Positions 1 to 13,476 are shown, counted from the whole stretch's first letter. The stretch is 63,802 bases of DNA, filler included, from Octopus bimaculoides (GCF_001194135.2; 9 parts of 9 records of this genome joined end to end with filler, not necessarily neighbours in it), one strand, 5' to 3'. The notes: generated by a model not told the origin, from the letters alone. Program-made: numbers and translations.

Positions 1-561
1 TATATATATATATATATATATTTATATACAAAGAGAGAGAAAAGAGAGAGTGTGTGTGAGTGAGTGAGATATCATGCAGAGTCGTACCGACAACCTACAG
101 CACTTTGAACCGATTCAGTATTCAACATGAAACAACAGAACATCATAACCCACGCGTTCTGTGTTATTATTCCTGGTGTTTCCACTCACTCACCAACCTT
201 ACAACTGAGTGCAATTACTTATTTGCTTATTGGCAATAATGACTTTTGTTGTTAAACGAATAATTTCCAGCAATTTGTATTTCGTTTCCATTGACAATTG
301 CACACTGCTGATAGAACAAGACTATTCTCTTAAGAATGAAATGCGGTAACACAATGAAGTTGCGCTAATATAGTCTTCAAATGTAGTGGGCTGACACACA
401 CTAAAACACGTGCGGGCGCATATGAATATATGTAAGTAACTAAATGCACACGTGAATACATACACATAACTCACAGATATGTATATATGTCTGTGTATGT
501 TTACGTCTGTACGTCTGTGCGTCTGTGTATATATTTATGCACATGTGTGTGTGTGTGTATG

Positions 562-773
562 TATTCTTTTATTCGTTTACATGTTTCAGTCAATTGACTG
601 TGGCCATGCTGGAGCACTGCCTTACAGGGTGTTTGGTCGAAGAAATCGATCCCAGGTCTTAAGGTTTGTAAGGCCAGTACTTATTCTAAACGGTGTCTTT
701 TGCCGAACCGCTAGGTTACAAGAATATAAACACACCAGCATCGGTTGTCAAGCGATAGCGGGGGAGGGGGGAC

Positions 774-778
<5 letters not shown>
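562..778 (-). mobile_element. SINE family A 3' half
   Basis: gactgtggccatgctggagcac...ttttgccgaaccgcta...catcggttgtcaagcgat; abuts (CA)n and a gap. Confidence 0.8.
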
Positions 779-806
<28 letters not shown>

Positions 807-1497
807 NNNNNNNNNNNNNNNNNNNNNNNNNNNNNNNNNNNNNNNNNNNNNNNNNNNNNNNNNNNNNNNNNNNNNNNNNNNNNNNNNNNNNNNNNNNNNN
901 NNNNNNNNNNNNNNNNNNNNNNNNNNNNNNNNNNNNNNNNNNNNNNNNNNNNNNNNNNNNNNNNNNNNNNNNNNNNNNNNNNNNNNNNNNNNNNNNNNNN
1001 NNNNNNNNNNNNNNNNNNNNNNNNNNNNNNNNNNNNNNNNNNNNNNNNNNNNNNNNNNNNNNNNNNNNNNNNNNNNNNNNNNNNNNNNNNNNNNNNNNNN
1101 NNNNNNNNNNNNNNNNNNNNNNNNNNNNNNNNNNNNNNNNNNNNNNNNNNNNNNNNNNNNNNNNNNNNNNNNNNNNNNNNNNNNNNNNNNNNNNNNNNNN
1201 NNNNNNNNNNNNNNNNNNNNNNNNNNNNNNNNNNNNNNNNNNNNNNNNNNNNNNNNNNNNNNNNNNNNNNNNNNNNNNNNNNNNNNNNNNNNNNNNNNNN
1301 NNNNNNNNNNNNNNNNNNNNNNNNNNNNNNNNNNNNNNNNNNNNNNNNNNNNNNNNNNNNNNNNNNNNNNNNNNNNNNNNNNNNNNNNNNNNNNNNNNNN
1401 NNNNNNNNNNNNNNNNNNNNNNNNNNNNNNNNNNNNNNNNNNNNNNNNNNNNNNNNNNNNNNNNNNNNNNNNNNNNNNNNNNNNNNNNNNNNNNNNN

Positions 1498-1541
<44 letters not shown>

Positions 1542-1605
1542 TGTGTGTGTGAATTGAATTGAACCGGTTTCAGCTAATGAACTGTGGTCATGCTGGGGCG
1601 TCGCC

Positions 1606-1880
1606 ATTTGGTGCATAACAGAGTTTGGCGCCGCTGCTCTCGTTTTCACTTCTTACTGTGAAATTGGTTCTAATGGGACTCTTGACAGTAGGAGATCTAG
1701 TTTCGTTTTGAAGACACTTACATCCACTCCATGCAGGCCCTTCGGGAGGATATTGAAGTGCTGTGGACCTTTAAAGCCCAGCCCGTTGCAATATCTTGTC
1801 CCATATTTTGATGGCAAAGTTGAAATCTTTGGCCCGTTGTGCCTATCTGTGACTACGGAGATGTTGCTAAATTAGGAATA
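1606..1880 (-). mobile_element. CR1-clade LINE ORF2 C-terminal fragment
   Basis: Translates as RYCNGLGFKGPQHFNILPKGLHGVDVSVFKTKLDLLLSRVPLEP...AAAPNS, the CR1-type GPxLFNxLP...FKxxLD...PDxP...NS pattern. Confidence 0.75.
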
Positions 1881-2554
1881 ACGACATTTAAACCTATCTA
1901 CAATAATCAATAACCTCGTAAGTCAAAAGCAAAACATAGAGAAAATACTTTATGTAAATTATAACTTTCTACTTTCGTCTTATAAAAGCTTTCAATAAAC
2001 GAATGACAGAAAATACACAAGAGATATTTCCAAAGCAGTGGAAGATTTGAAACTTAGGTTCAAATTTTCGTAATGCTATGTACTGCTTAATACGATACAA
2101 TGTTTACGTTTCGTGTATTCATAACGGATTTTTTTGTCTACTATATATTTCAACTGGAATTTCTTTAAATATGTTGTGTTGTGTTTCACTCACAAATTAT
2201 TCAAAGTGTGATTTTTTTCGAAAGAAAATCGCAAATTATTTTAGAAATTTCGTAAAGTTTCAATTTACGATACAATGTTTATACTTCATACATTTGCAAA
2301 CAATTCTTCCTGTTCAACATATTTCAATTCGTATTTCTTCAACAAGTGCTCTTTATCACTCGGGAAAATATTCAGATCTTTTTTTTAGGTATTTTTGCGA
2401 TAGAAATCACAGCTTTTTAGAAATTTCTTAGCAATTTTCTGGGAGCTTACAAAGACACGTGTTAATCAGAGGCCACTGGAAGTCATATGTATGTATATGT
2501 ATATATATATGCATATATATGTATGTATATGTATATGTATATATATGTAGGTAC

Positions 2555-2615
<61 letters not shown>

Positions 2616-2631
2616 CATATATATATATGTA

Positions 2632-2666
<35 letters not shown>

Positions 2667-3336
2667 GTATATGTATATNNNNNNNNNNNNNNNNNNNNNN
2701 NNNNNNNNNNNNNNNNNNNNNNNNNNNNNNNNNNNNNNNNNNNNNNNNNNNNNNNNNNNNNNNNNNNNNNNNNNNNNNNNNNNNNNNNNNNNNNNNNNNN
2801 NNNNNNNNNNNNNNNNNNNNNNNNNNNNNNNNNNNNNNNNNNNNNNNNNNNNNNNNNNNNNNNNNNNNNNNNNNNNNNNNNNNNNNNNNNNNNNNNNNNN
2901 NNNNNNNNNNNNNNNNNNNNNNNNNNNNNNNNNNNNNNNNNNNNNNNNNNNNNNNNNNNNNNNNNNNNNNNNNNNNNNNNNNNNNNNNNNNNNNNNNNNN
3001 NNNNNNNNNNNNNNNNNNNNNNNNNNNNNNNNNNNNNNNNNNNNNNNNNNNNNNNNNNNNNNNNNNNNNNNNNNNNNNNNNNNNNNNNNNNNNNNNNNNN
3101 NNNNNNNNNNNNNNNNNNNNNNNNNNNNNNNNNNNNNNNNNNNNNNNNNNNNNNNNNNNNNNNNNNNNNNNNNNNNNNNNNNNNNNNNNNNNNNNNNNNN
3201 NNNNNNNNNNNNNNNNNNNNNNNNNNNNNNNNNNNNNNNNNNNNNNNNNNNNNNNNNNNNNNNNNNNNNNNNNNNNNNNNNNNNNNNNNNNNNNNNNNNN
3301 NNNNNNNNNNNNNNNNNNNNNNNNNNNNNNNNNNNN

Positions 3337-3375
<39 letters not shown>

Positions 3376-3516
3376 GAGGTCTGATCAATAAGTATCAGGA
3401 TTGTGGCCTTAGTAACAAAGCTAAAGCATGCAAAGTAAAGCTGCTTGGCAGAGATTGACCTTGAACTCTGCTCTGTATGCACGCAAAGTTTTAACGTTTT
3501 AGGTCAGTTCTGCTCT

Positions 3517-3694
3517 TTACAACAGTACTTGGAATGAAGGTGTGTAGCCTGTGATCGTTGCATTGACCATTTCAGAGAAAGTTGTCATGGCGATAACTGC
3601 TCGGAGGCCTACGAAAATTTGCAGAAAGTGTGTAGAGAGGAGTGTACGAACCGCACACAAGGTGACCGAAAGAATGTCGATATTGACAAACGTT
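3517..3694 (-). CDS. Weak candidate exon (TFVNIDILSVTLCAVRTLLSTHFLQIFVGLRAVIAM...FQVLL*)
   Basis: GC-richer unique island with acceptor gggtctcccag|A and an open hydrophobic frame; phase is compatible with the 20306 donor. A Cys-rich plus-strand frame is a competing reading. Confidence 0.2.
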
Positions 3695-3734
3695 CTGGGA
3701 GACCCACAACCAATAGAACTGATACATACATATT

Positions 3735-3947
3735 TGTGAGTTGTCTGTGTTTGTCCTCTAACCATCGCTTAACAACCGCTGTTGGTGTGTTTACGTCCCA
3801 GTAACATATCGGTTCAATAAAAGAGACTAATAGAATAAGTACTAGACTTGCAAAGAATAAATCCTGGGGTCGATTTCTTCGACTAAAGGCGGTGCTCCAG
3901 CATGGCCGCGGTGAAATGACTGAAACAAATAAAAGAATAAAAGAATA
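3735..3947 (+). mobile_element. SINE family A 3' half
   Basis: ggcggtgctccagcatggccgc...tgactgaaac..taaaagaataaaagaa. Confidence 0.8.
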
Positions 3948-4032
3948 TTTATGTGTGTGTGCGTGTGTGAGTGTGTGTGTGTGCATATATATATAATATA
4001 GCTATCTATCTCTATGTATGTATACGCACACA

Positions 4033-4070
<38 letters not shown>

Positions 4071-4071
<1 letters not shown>

Positions 4072-4226
4072 GACAGGCTTCTTTCAGTTTCCGGCTACCA
4101 AATCTACTCACTCGGCTTTGGTCGCCCCGAGATTATAGCAGAAGACACTTGCCCAAGTTGTCACTCAGTGGGACTGAACCCGAAACAATGTGGTTGGGAA
4201 CCAAGCTTCTTATCACATAGCTACGC
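4071..4226 (-). mobile_element. SINE family A 5' half
   Basis: Head and core homologous to 36516-36650; abuts (TA)n. Confidence 0.8.
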
Positions 4227-4392
4227 AAGGGCAAATCAATAATTAAGATCAGAAACAGAAGTGATGCCATTCCAAAAAAGTGTTTCTTAAATTTTGTGAA
4301 TGAATTTCGGTAATGCTTAGTAGAGATTCATAAACAACCAAAACTCTTGTATGTGTTTAATATAAATTCATACAAAAAAGTGACAAGCGAGC

Positions 4393-4580
4393 AAAATCGT
4401 TAGGGCGCCGGGCATTTCGTCTGCCTCAGCGTTCTGAGTTTAAATTCCGCCGAAGTAGACTTTGTCCTTCACCCTTTCGGTGTCGTTAAAAAAACTTACC
4501 ATCTGAACACTGAATGTGGATGTAATCGACTTATCCCCTTCCAGAAATTGCTGGGCTTGTGCCAAAATTTTAAATCAATA
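4393..4580 (+). mobile_element. SINE family B
   Basis: gttctgagtttaaattccgccgaagtagactttg..caccctttcgg. Confidence 0.7.
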
Positions 4581-4906
4581 TAGATTCATACAATCATAAA
4601 TGATTGATGTCGGTTTAAAATGAAATGATGAAGTGAACGCTATCCTAATCGTAATATATTCTTTCAGTCTGTTGTTGCAGAGTTATTTGATAATTGCTGG
4701 GACAAGCTGAGGCCATAACAATTCTAGTTAACTTGAGTATCAATATATAAATTGTAGAATTCTGTTGAGAAATGACAGCAAGATTAGAGTAATAAATAAC
4801 ATTCATTAACAGTTGAAGTTTATGTGCGTTAAAGTTAATTTAAAAATTTTAAAGAGCTTATTTAATAATCAACCAACTGCAATTATGTTGCTAAAGATTG
4901 ATTTAT

Positions 4907-5087
4907 AGGCATGACATTGTGGTTAAGATGTTCGTGTTGGAACCCCATTGATTTCGGTTCAGTCCCACTGCGATGCACTTTGGGTAACTGTCCTCTACTA
5001 TAGCCCTGAGATGACCATGCAGGTGAATTCGAGAAGCGAAAACTATGAAGAAGCTCGTCGTATTTATGTATTTGTTTGTGTGTTTGT

Positions 5088-5125
<38 letters not shown>

Positions 5126-5355
5126 GTGTGTGTGTGCGTGCGTGTGTGAGTTGTTTTTGTCTCCTACCACCACTTAGCAAGTGGTGTTACTTAGGTTACA
5201 TCCCTGTAACATTGCAGTTCGGGAAAAAGTGAACGATGGAATAAGCACCAGGGTTTAATACATGCTCTGGCATCAATTTGTCTAAATCTTTCAAGACGGT
5301 GCTCCAGAATTGCCAGAGCCCTCTTTGTGTAGCAAGTAAATGATTGAAGATAAAT
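4907..5355 (+). mobile_element. SINE family A, full length, old and diverged
   Basis: Head, core, internal (TG)n and a ggtgctccag 3' box are recognisable. Confidence 0.7.
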
Positions 5356-5654
5356 ATACAATACGTCAAGTAATAATAGCATTTTGTAACAAATTTTGAA
5401 AACTAAACAAAGTATTCAATGCTATAATAGAAAGCAAAAAGTTTAGGAAAACTTGATGCAGTGGTTCGCTGCATGCCTCACGGTGATATTAAATTAGAAA
5501 CAAAAAGAAAATTCAAGACAATTTAGTCTATTTTCACAAAACTGAATAAGTAACAATTTCTAAAGCACAAAATAAATGTATTCTGTATTTAGGTAATTAT
5601 ATTACAATGGTAGTAGACCGTTCTTAAATCACCCGAAGTTATAATAATAATCGT

Positions 5655-5905
5655 TTTTTCTACTTATAGTGGCCCGAAATATTGGGGATGGGCGTATGTC
5701 GATTACATTGATCACAGTGCTGGTCTCTGAAAGGAAAGAAAGACAAAGTCGATCTCAGTGACATATGAACACAGTTTTGAAAATGGCTTCAAATTTTGGC
5801 AAAGATCCGGCTGTTACCCTACAGGTAACTTATTGTATAGACCCCGAAAAAATGAAAATTAAAGTCGACTCTGGTGGCATTTGAACTCAGAACGTAAAGG
5901 TGAGT
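5655..5905 (-). mobile_element. SINE family B, two adjacent diverged fragments
   Basis: aaagtcgatctc and aaagtcgactctggtggcatttgaactcagaacgta. Confidence 0.6.
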
Positions 5906-5921
5906 GAAATGTGTGTCTGTG

Positions 5922-5982
5922 TGTTACTCAGAGTTTCACGTTCCCGTTCGTCCGCCGAACGGGAACGCGAAACACTGTAACA
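5922..5982. repeat. 61-bp GC-rich hairpin
   Basis: gtttcacgttcccgttcg-tccgc-cgaacgggaacgcgaaac, extended by tgttac/gtaaca. Confidence 0.8.
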
Positions 5983-6109
5983 ACTTTTGTTATATTTCTG
6001 CTGCTTTTAAATAAAGCATATTACTCTAACTATGGTATTTGAGTACTCTTTTTTCCACCTTGCTTGTCTCCTCTCATGGCTCGTCCTGCTTGCGCTCATG
6101 ATAATTTTT

Positions 6110-6152
<43 letters not shown>

Positions 6153-6257
6153 CACACACATGCACACACACACATTCATACATACATACATTCATACGTA
6201 TCTATGTATATGTACGTATATATAGTAGGGTATATGTACTAATTATGGTGAATCTCA

Positions 6258-6311
6258 CTGATGAGGGCTAAGTATTAATTACAGAGCCTGAAATCATATT
6301 ATTATATGATC
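6258..6311 (+). ncRNA. Hammerhead ribozyme core (PLE-type relic), stem I disrupted
   Basis: CUGAUGA, stem II GGGCU/AGCCU, GAAA, perfect 7-bp stem III AUCAUAU/AUAUGAU, and cleavage triplet AUC. Confidence 0.6.
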
Positions 6312-6886
6312 GTTTCCATGTTCAATTAATTCAAATAAGAAAAAATTAAATTAAATTAAACTAAAAATTCATATTGAATACAGTTAATTGAACATTTCAT
6401 CAGGGTCAGAACCTGATAGAAAAAAAGGAATTACTTCCCAATGTGTTGATTGATCATTGGCTTTAAATTTAAATATCTGCGCTTGTGTATTTTAATGTAT
6501 TTTTAAAAAACTGTTACTTGTGTATATGCAATTTTGTTATATTAATGTATTTGTACGCTTCCGCGTGTTAATGTATTGAATAGAACAAAGGAGCCGTTAG
6601 GTAGCGTAAACAATATTTTTAATACAGTTAATTGCAATTAAAAACATTTAATCCTAATTTTCATTATTACTTTTGAGAATACGAAATACCAGCAAACTTC
6701 TTCAATTACTTAAGAATTATATTAGAAGTCAGCCATTTATAACTTCTAGTAGTAACAATTAAATACTATTTTTCTATTTTTATAATTTAAACTATGCATC
6801 TTTTAGTATAACACTGATACACTGGATAAAACCGGGGAACTTGGATGTTGACATCCCTCTAAGAGGTATTATATGCATGAAATAAT

Positions 6887-6930
<44 letters not shown>

Positions 6931-7168
6931 TATATAATAATAATTACATATATATATATATATATATATATACCAAAGTAAGCACATAAATGTGAACCTA
7001 TGTGGGAAAAAATAGTACTCGAATACCTGAGATAGAGTAATATGCGTTATTATTAAAGCTGCAAATTTTGTGATGTCTTTGCAGCTTTGATAATAAAGTA
7101 AATATATGCATATACATACATATACATATATATATATATGTATACATACATACATACATGCATGCATG

Positions 7169-7220
<52 letters not shown>

Positions 7221-8301
7221 CAAAGTTTTAAATTATGATTGATGTACTTAATGAATTTGTATTTGTATTAGCTTTCAGCTAATACGGTTTTTTTTTTTAA
7301 AGTAAGGTTTTATACAAAGAACAACCTCCGTCAAAATTAATGTCTAGGAAATTGACTGTTTTCAGTTGTGTGACTGCTGAATTGAAAATGCGTAAAATAT
7401 TAAAGAAGAGGATAAGGTTTATTCTAGCCATTAGTGTGTTGAGGTTCAAAATTCCTAAGAATGAACACGTTGTATTTTCTATATATACCTCTGAAATAGA
7501 CAGGGAAATTATTTTGTAAAGATGACATTATATGAAATCCGAAGACGCTGATAACGTCAAAGGAATTATTTGATCATATGCTGGCAAAAAAGTTTTTTTC
7601 CGGTATACTTTTATTAATCCATTAGGAGTTATTATAAAATATGAATTTTTTTTTCTGATGTGTATTATCTTATCAACGACATTGTTCTCGCAATGGATTT
7701 GATGTGCTATACAGGGCTAAAAGAATTGGTTGTAATACGTATATATATATATATATATATATATACGTAAATGTCAAACGATGGAAATGAGTGCTCAACA
7801 TCGCATTGGTGGATATAATTTCTTTATTTGTGACTTACGATCTACCATTGTTTACATGTCAAGAAAAGTAGGAAAAATATCTTAGTGCCTTGACAATTTT
7901 TCAAGAGCCGATCGCATGGACAAAGGTGTTCACCTCCATTTTGGAAAACATTTACATATATGTGTATGTATGTATATATGTATATATGTATAGTATACAC
8001 AGAGATACCCACAGCTAGATTGGCCTTCATCCCCCAATGCAGTATCGCCTGATAAAATGAATCAATGATGATGATCAACCAGAAGTCCACGGATACTACG
8101 GACTATACTGTATTCACCCCAAGGATGCTCTAATGTTAATGTCGTGTAATTTGTGAAAACACGTGCAGCGATATATTACATATTTATAATTTTCATCCTA
8201 GAATTATTGTTATATTTATCCTGCATTATATCGGTATAACAATGATACAACCCCAGATCTTTCGCGATACGCTTAAATAAGTTTTCAGCGCTACCTCCTA
8301 T

Positions 8302-8337
<36 letters not shown>

Positions 8338-10203
8338 NNNNNNNNNNNNNNNNNNNNNNNNNNNNNNNNNNNNNNNNNNNNNNNNNNNNNNNNNNNNNNN
8401 NNNNNNNNNNNNNNNNNNNNNNNNNNNNNNNNNNNNNNNNNNNNNNNNNNNNNNNNNNNNNNNNNNNNNNNNNNNNNNNNNNNNNNNNNNNNNNNNNNNT
8501 ATATATATATATATATATATGAAGGTATATATGTATGAGTTATGTATGTATGTATGTGTTTGAGGGAGAGGTGTATGCATGTATATATGTCATCCTATGT
8601 CCATGAAATCATGTGCAGGAATTTTCTTCAGCTGGGGTTCATAGTTAATTTCTTCATTGCTTACTCTAGCCAGTACATAATTCGCCATTAATGGAAGTTA
8701 AACAAAAATGATTTCCACATGAAGAATGCAATTCTAAGGTACATTTGCTTTTGTTTAATCTGTTTCCTTCAACACCTGATTTTTTGCCAACACAAATAAT
8801 TCTCTTCTGAAGAACTGAATATCTCCGGTCCCAATACTTAACAATCGATAATATATAGTTCTATATTTGTTGAATACTTATATATTTTATAAATCGAGGC
8901 ATGCGTTATTTAATGTACTCCAGTATTCCGAAAGTTTAGGCTTAAAACTTGTAAGTGAAATAACAGTATTTAAGTTCTGAAGACGCCAATCGCGAAACTT
9001 AGAACATTCTCGATAAATACATACACGCCGCACACGCGAGCGGGAGCATGCATAGTCATGTATAAACACAAGCATATATATAAATACATACATTGCACAA
9101 GCATTTCTCAATGTGCGCGCGTGTGTGTGTATTTGTGCATGTTTACGTGTGCGTGTGTTTCTATGTAAGCGTGGTGGGATTTTTGTGTGCACAGCTGTGT
9201 GCGCTTGTGCACGTGTATACATGCGCAGGTATTTTGAGCCTACCTCTATGTGTGTGTATGTTTATTTCTAAGTACGTTAATTATATATACGTAAACAAGT
9301 TTTTACATTCAAGCATATTAACAATTTGATTTATTTTTTAACATTATATCAACGTTTATGGTCGGGAAGTAAATACGATAGAAAATGTAATGCAGCATTT
9401 TATGCAGTCATTCAGAGTATATATACACAACAATGTATATCTAAATCTCGTGTCTCAACCGCATAATGACTATCGCCAAAATCAAGTATGATGAATGAGA
9501 ACATTTAATTAGATAACCTCCTTCACATTAAATCTAATATAAATAAAATGTTCATATCGAGTATTTTGAACACCTTAAGAATCCTGGATTGCACTTAAAG
9601 AATCGTCTCACTTATGAATCTATATGTTTAATTGAATTTCTTAATGGGGAATTTCATCACAGATAATTTACTGCATGTAATTACGTTTTATCATATGAAT
9701 CAGCAAATTAGTTATGCCATGATCTAAGCTCTCTTCTATGCAATATTTAATCTCGTTATTACATGTCACTTTGTGCTGGGGTTTTTTTTTATATCCAGCT
9801 TAAATATTCAAAGAGTTGCGTTGAGTATTAAGAGGTGTGCAATCTTAAAAGCATTAAAATGCTGACGAGAATCATCTTATATATATATATATATATACAT
9901 ATATACCAAGAATATGTATATAAAAATTTTTTGATTAATTTGTGCAACGTAAAGTATGCGTAATAAATATATATCAAAGGCCTTTTTACAAGCGCTTACA
10001 TTCACTTGATATCAGAATGTGAGCTTCAAAGATATAAGAAACCAATGCGTGCCAATTCCAGTTAGGCCCTTTCGATGGCTGATTGTTTTCAAATTCCTCA
10101 GAAAACATCATTACACAAGACGGTTAAAAACATTTGTTTGGCCTAAAGTCAATTTTTATATCCAACTTAATGTGGATGTTACGTTAGAACGCAGAATTCT
10201 ACA

Positions 10204-10303
10204 TTAATTACTCGGAGAGGACCTTTCATATGGCCGCGTGGTGCATAAAAGCACTCATTTATGCACCATGAGTTCATATGAGAGATCCTCTCCAGGTAAT
10301 TAA
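10204..10303. repeat. 100-bp hairpin
   Basis: 29-bp outer stem (ttaattac..ggagagga..tcatatg), 5x5 internal loop, 12-bp inner stem, 8-nt loop. Confidence 0.8.
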
Positions 10304-11217
10304 CGCAGTATTGTGACGTAACACAATAACCACGTGACGTTAGAGATGGAGATTGCGTTTGGGTATAAATACTGCTTCTGTCGCTATTAATTATTTGTTT
10401 TATCTCTTTTTAAGCAATTAAAGAAATTATTTAACTGATCTTATACTTACGTAAAGAATAAAAAGCGTTGAATATGAAATGCATGTTTACTATAGAAATT
10501 GTTATGAAGCAAGACAATCCGACTACCTAAGCATTTTAAAATGTTTCAGGAATAATTTCAATATATGGAAATAAAGATGCTAAATATGAGATGTATGTTA
10601 ACAACATGGCATAAGGCTGAACGGTGTTTGATTTACGTATTTCATTTTTCAACAAAAATCTCGATGTATAGCCAGAAAATGACATAATTATAGAGCGATA
10701 TACTCAATTTTTTTGAAATACAAAATGCACAACTATGTTATACATTTTCTTAAGTTTGATATCACCTTCAAGACATGCTTCAATGAATTCAAGTTAAACA
10801 ATATTCCAGTATTTCAGAAAGTATATGTGCGTTCATTATATCATACTTTAAAAGGATTTTTAGTCAAAGCGAGAAAAACTGAATAGCTACCTATAAATAC
10901 TTTCTGTTACGGAATTATTGACTTCGAAAGACATAAATGAATTAATGGACAATTTATGTGGTTAAGATAATTACACGAACATAAATAATTAGGTATAGAT
11001 AGCTCATTAAGAGTTTTACTATTGTTACTTGCTTTGTCAGTCGCAAAATTTATGCGTACATCTAAAACATAATTTCACATTATTCCTCTTAAAAATCTTA
11101 TATCTACTATTTGTCGAGAAATATTTCTCTACTTAGTTAGCCATAATGTTCGGTTTGGTGCACCAATTAATTAGGACTGAACGAATCATTAGCGCAAGTT
11201 CGCCTATTGAAGCTTCC

Positions 11218-11409
11218 ACATCGTTAGCGAACCGAGCAAAATGGTTAGTGGCATTTCTTCCGACTCTTTATGCTCTGAGTTCAAATTCCGCTGAGGTCAA
11301 CTTTGCCTTTCATCCTTTCGGGTCGGTAAAATAAGTACCAGTTGAGTACTGTGGGTCGAAGTAATCGACACATCCCCTCTTCCAAAACATTGTGCCTATA
11401 ATAGAAAGG

Positions 11410-11468
<59 letters not shown>

Positions 11469-11515
11469 CATTATTATTATTATTATTGTTATTATTATTA
11501 TTGTTATTATTATTA

Positions 11516-11583
<68 letters not shown>
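11218..11583 (+). mobile_element. SINE family B with a long (ATT)n tail
   Basis: ctctgagttcaaattccgctgaggtcaactttgcctttcatcctttcgg; (ATT)n at 11410-11583. Confidence 0.85.
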
Positions 11584-11585
<2 letters not shown>

Positions 11586-11939
11586 TCTGTTGGTATTGAT
11601 ACATTTATTAGAAGGCATTTTTTCTCTTCGTGATCTCTGACAACTATATCTGGCCTATTGGCCTTAATTTCTCTATCTGTGTGTATTGGCATATCTCATA
11701 GTACTGTTGCTTTCTCGTTTTCTGTGACCATTTTTCTTCTTGTTATTATTAATATTATCATCATCATTATTCTTAGCACGCCGGTCAAATATATATGTAC
11801 ATATATATATATATATATACATATATATATACATGCGTGTGAGGGTAGGTGTGTCTATGAATAAATGCATATATATATATATATGTATATATACACATAT
11901 ATATTTATATATATATATGTTTTTATATATATATGTATA

Positions 11940-12030
<91 letters not shown>

Positions 12031-12884
12031 ATTTATATATGTGTGTGTTTGTGTGCGCGCGCGTGTGTGTGTGTGTGTGTGCCTGTGAGTTTGCGTATGT
12101 GTGTGTATGTATTTGCGTGTATAAAGCGAAAGACAGAGATAGAGAGATACATATTTAATTGTACCATATATTCATCTTTGCATACTAACACACCAGCAGA
12201 TACAAATCATGAAAGACTGTTTGTACTTATTAGTTGCGTTTTGTTGCTGAAAAATATCTTTAAATTTCCTAATAACAGTTTTGATGTCACCAAAATCAGT
12301 CAAGTGTCTTCGGCAATACGTACATTTTATAAAAATAATCCAGTTTAAATTATACCGTTTTATATCCTGAATACTTTGTACAACGGTAAGTGAATAAAGA
12401 GTAATTACGTAATTATTTGTGAAACAAATTATTTTAAAGCTATGATACTACGTTAATATTTGAATAACCAGTTAATCATCAGTGTGCAGAGAAATACTTT
12501 GACACAGGTATGGAAGTCAATTTTAAAGAAATGAAAATGGTATCAAAAAGATTGTCTGTCTGTCTGTCAGATGTGAACATAAAAAATACATAAAATTTAG
12601 GATACCGTTAATATAACATTTATTTATTGTGGTCGTTACCAAGAGAGAAAGTTTTATATCGTGTTTTGGTGGAAGATGCACTCTTGTTTATATTGCTTGC
12701 TGGAAGATAAACTCCTGCCATCTCCAGTCCCAAGGCAACCATATCACGGGATTTCGACCTTCTTTGGTTTTGTCAGTGATTGACGCTCGGCCGCTAGAGA
12801 TAGTAGTGATTCGTCTCTCTGCCAGCAATTTAGAGAATAAGAGTGTCGGATCAGAGGCTGGTGTTATGATTAGTCAATGAGCTT

Positions 12885-13400
12885 GTCAAAAAATGTTTAT
12901 TAATGATAGAGGCAGTATTAATGCCAAGAGATAATATTCATTCCCATTTAAACGTGGATGTTTTGTCAGAAGAAACAATACTGCGGTTGTTACTACGAGA
13001 GAAACACTTGTATTGGCTTTTGGTGCAAAATGCTCTCTTGCTGGTATCGCTTGCGGGGAGATAAATCACCGGCATCTCCAGAGCCGAGACTACCAGGTCA
13101 CGTGATTTCGGCCTTCCTTGATCTTGTCAATGGTGGACGCTCGACTGCTAGAGATAGCAGCGATTCGTCTCCCGCCGGAGATATATAGAAAAGCAGTGAT
13201 AGAACTGGACTGGTGTCGCGATTTATCTCTCCGCTAGCGATATGAACGAGAGTGCATTTTGCACCAAAACCCACTGAGTTTCTCCCATGGTCACTACCCC
13301 AGTATAGTTTGTTTTAACAGAACATACACGCTGAGTGGTGATAAATATAAGCTCTTAGTATTAATAATGCCTCTGTCACTAAAAAAATTATTTTTACACA
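12885..13400. mobile_element. Foldback MITE with ~180-bp diverged arms
   Basis: 12900-13070 pairs with 13215-13385 (e.g. ttttggtgcaaaatgc / gcattttgcaccaaaa; agaggcagtattaat / attaataatgcctct). A diverged partial copy lies at 12630-12875. Confidence 0.75.
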
Positions 13401-13476
13401 TTTATACATATATATCCTATGGATGTCGGTAGTGGGGGACTGTTATAACAATTCTCGGCTGAAAATCGTTTATATA

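Noticed and set aside
1723-1868. Apparent minus-strand exon with ttag acceptor and GTAAGT donor
   Set aside because: The reading frame continues past the donor as a CR1 ORF2 C-terminus.
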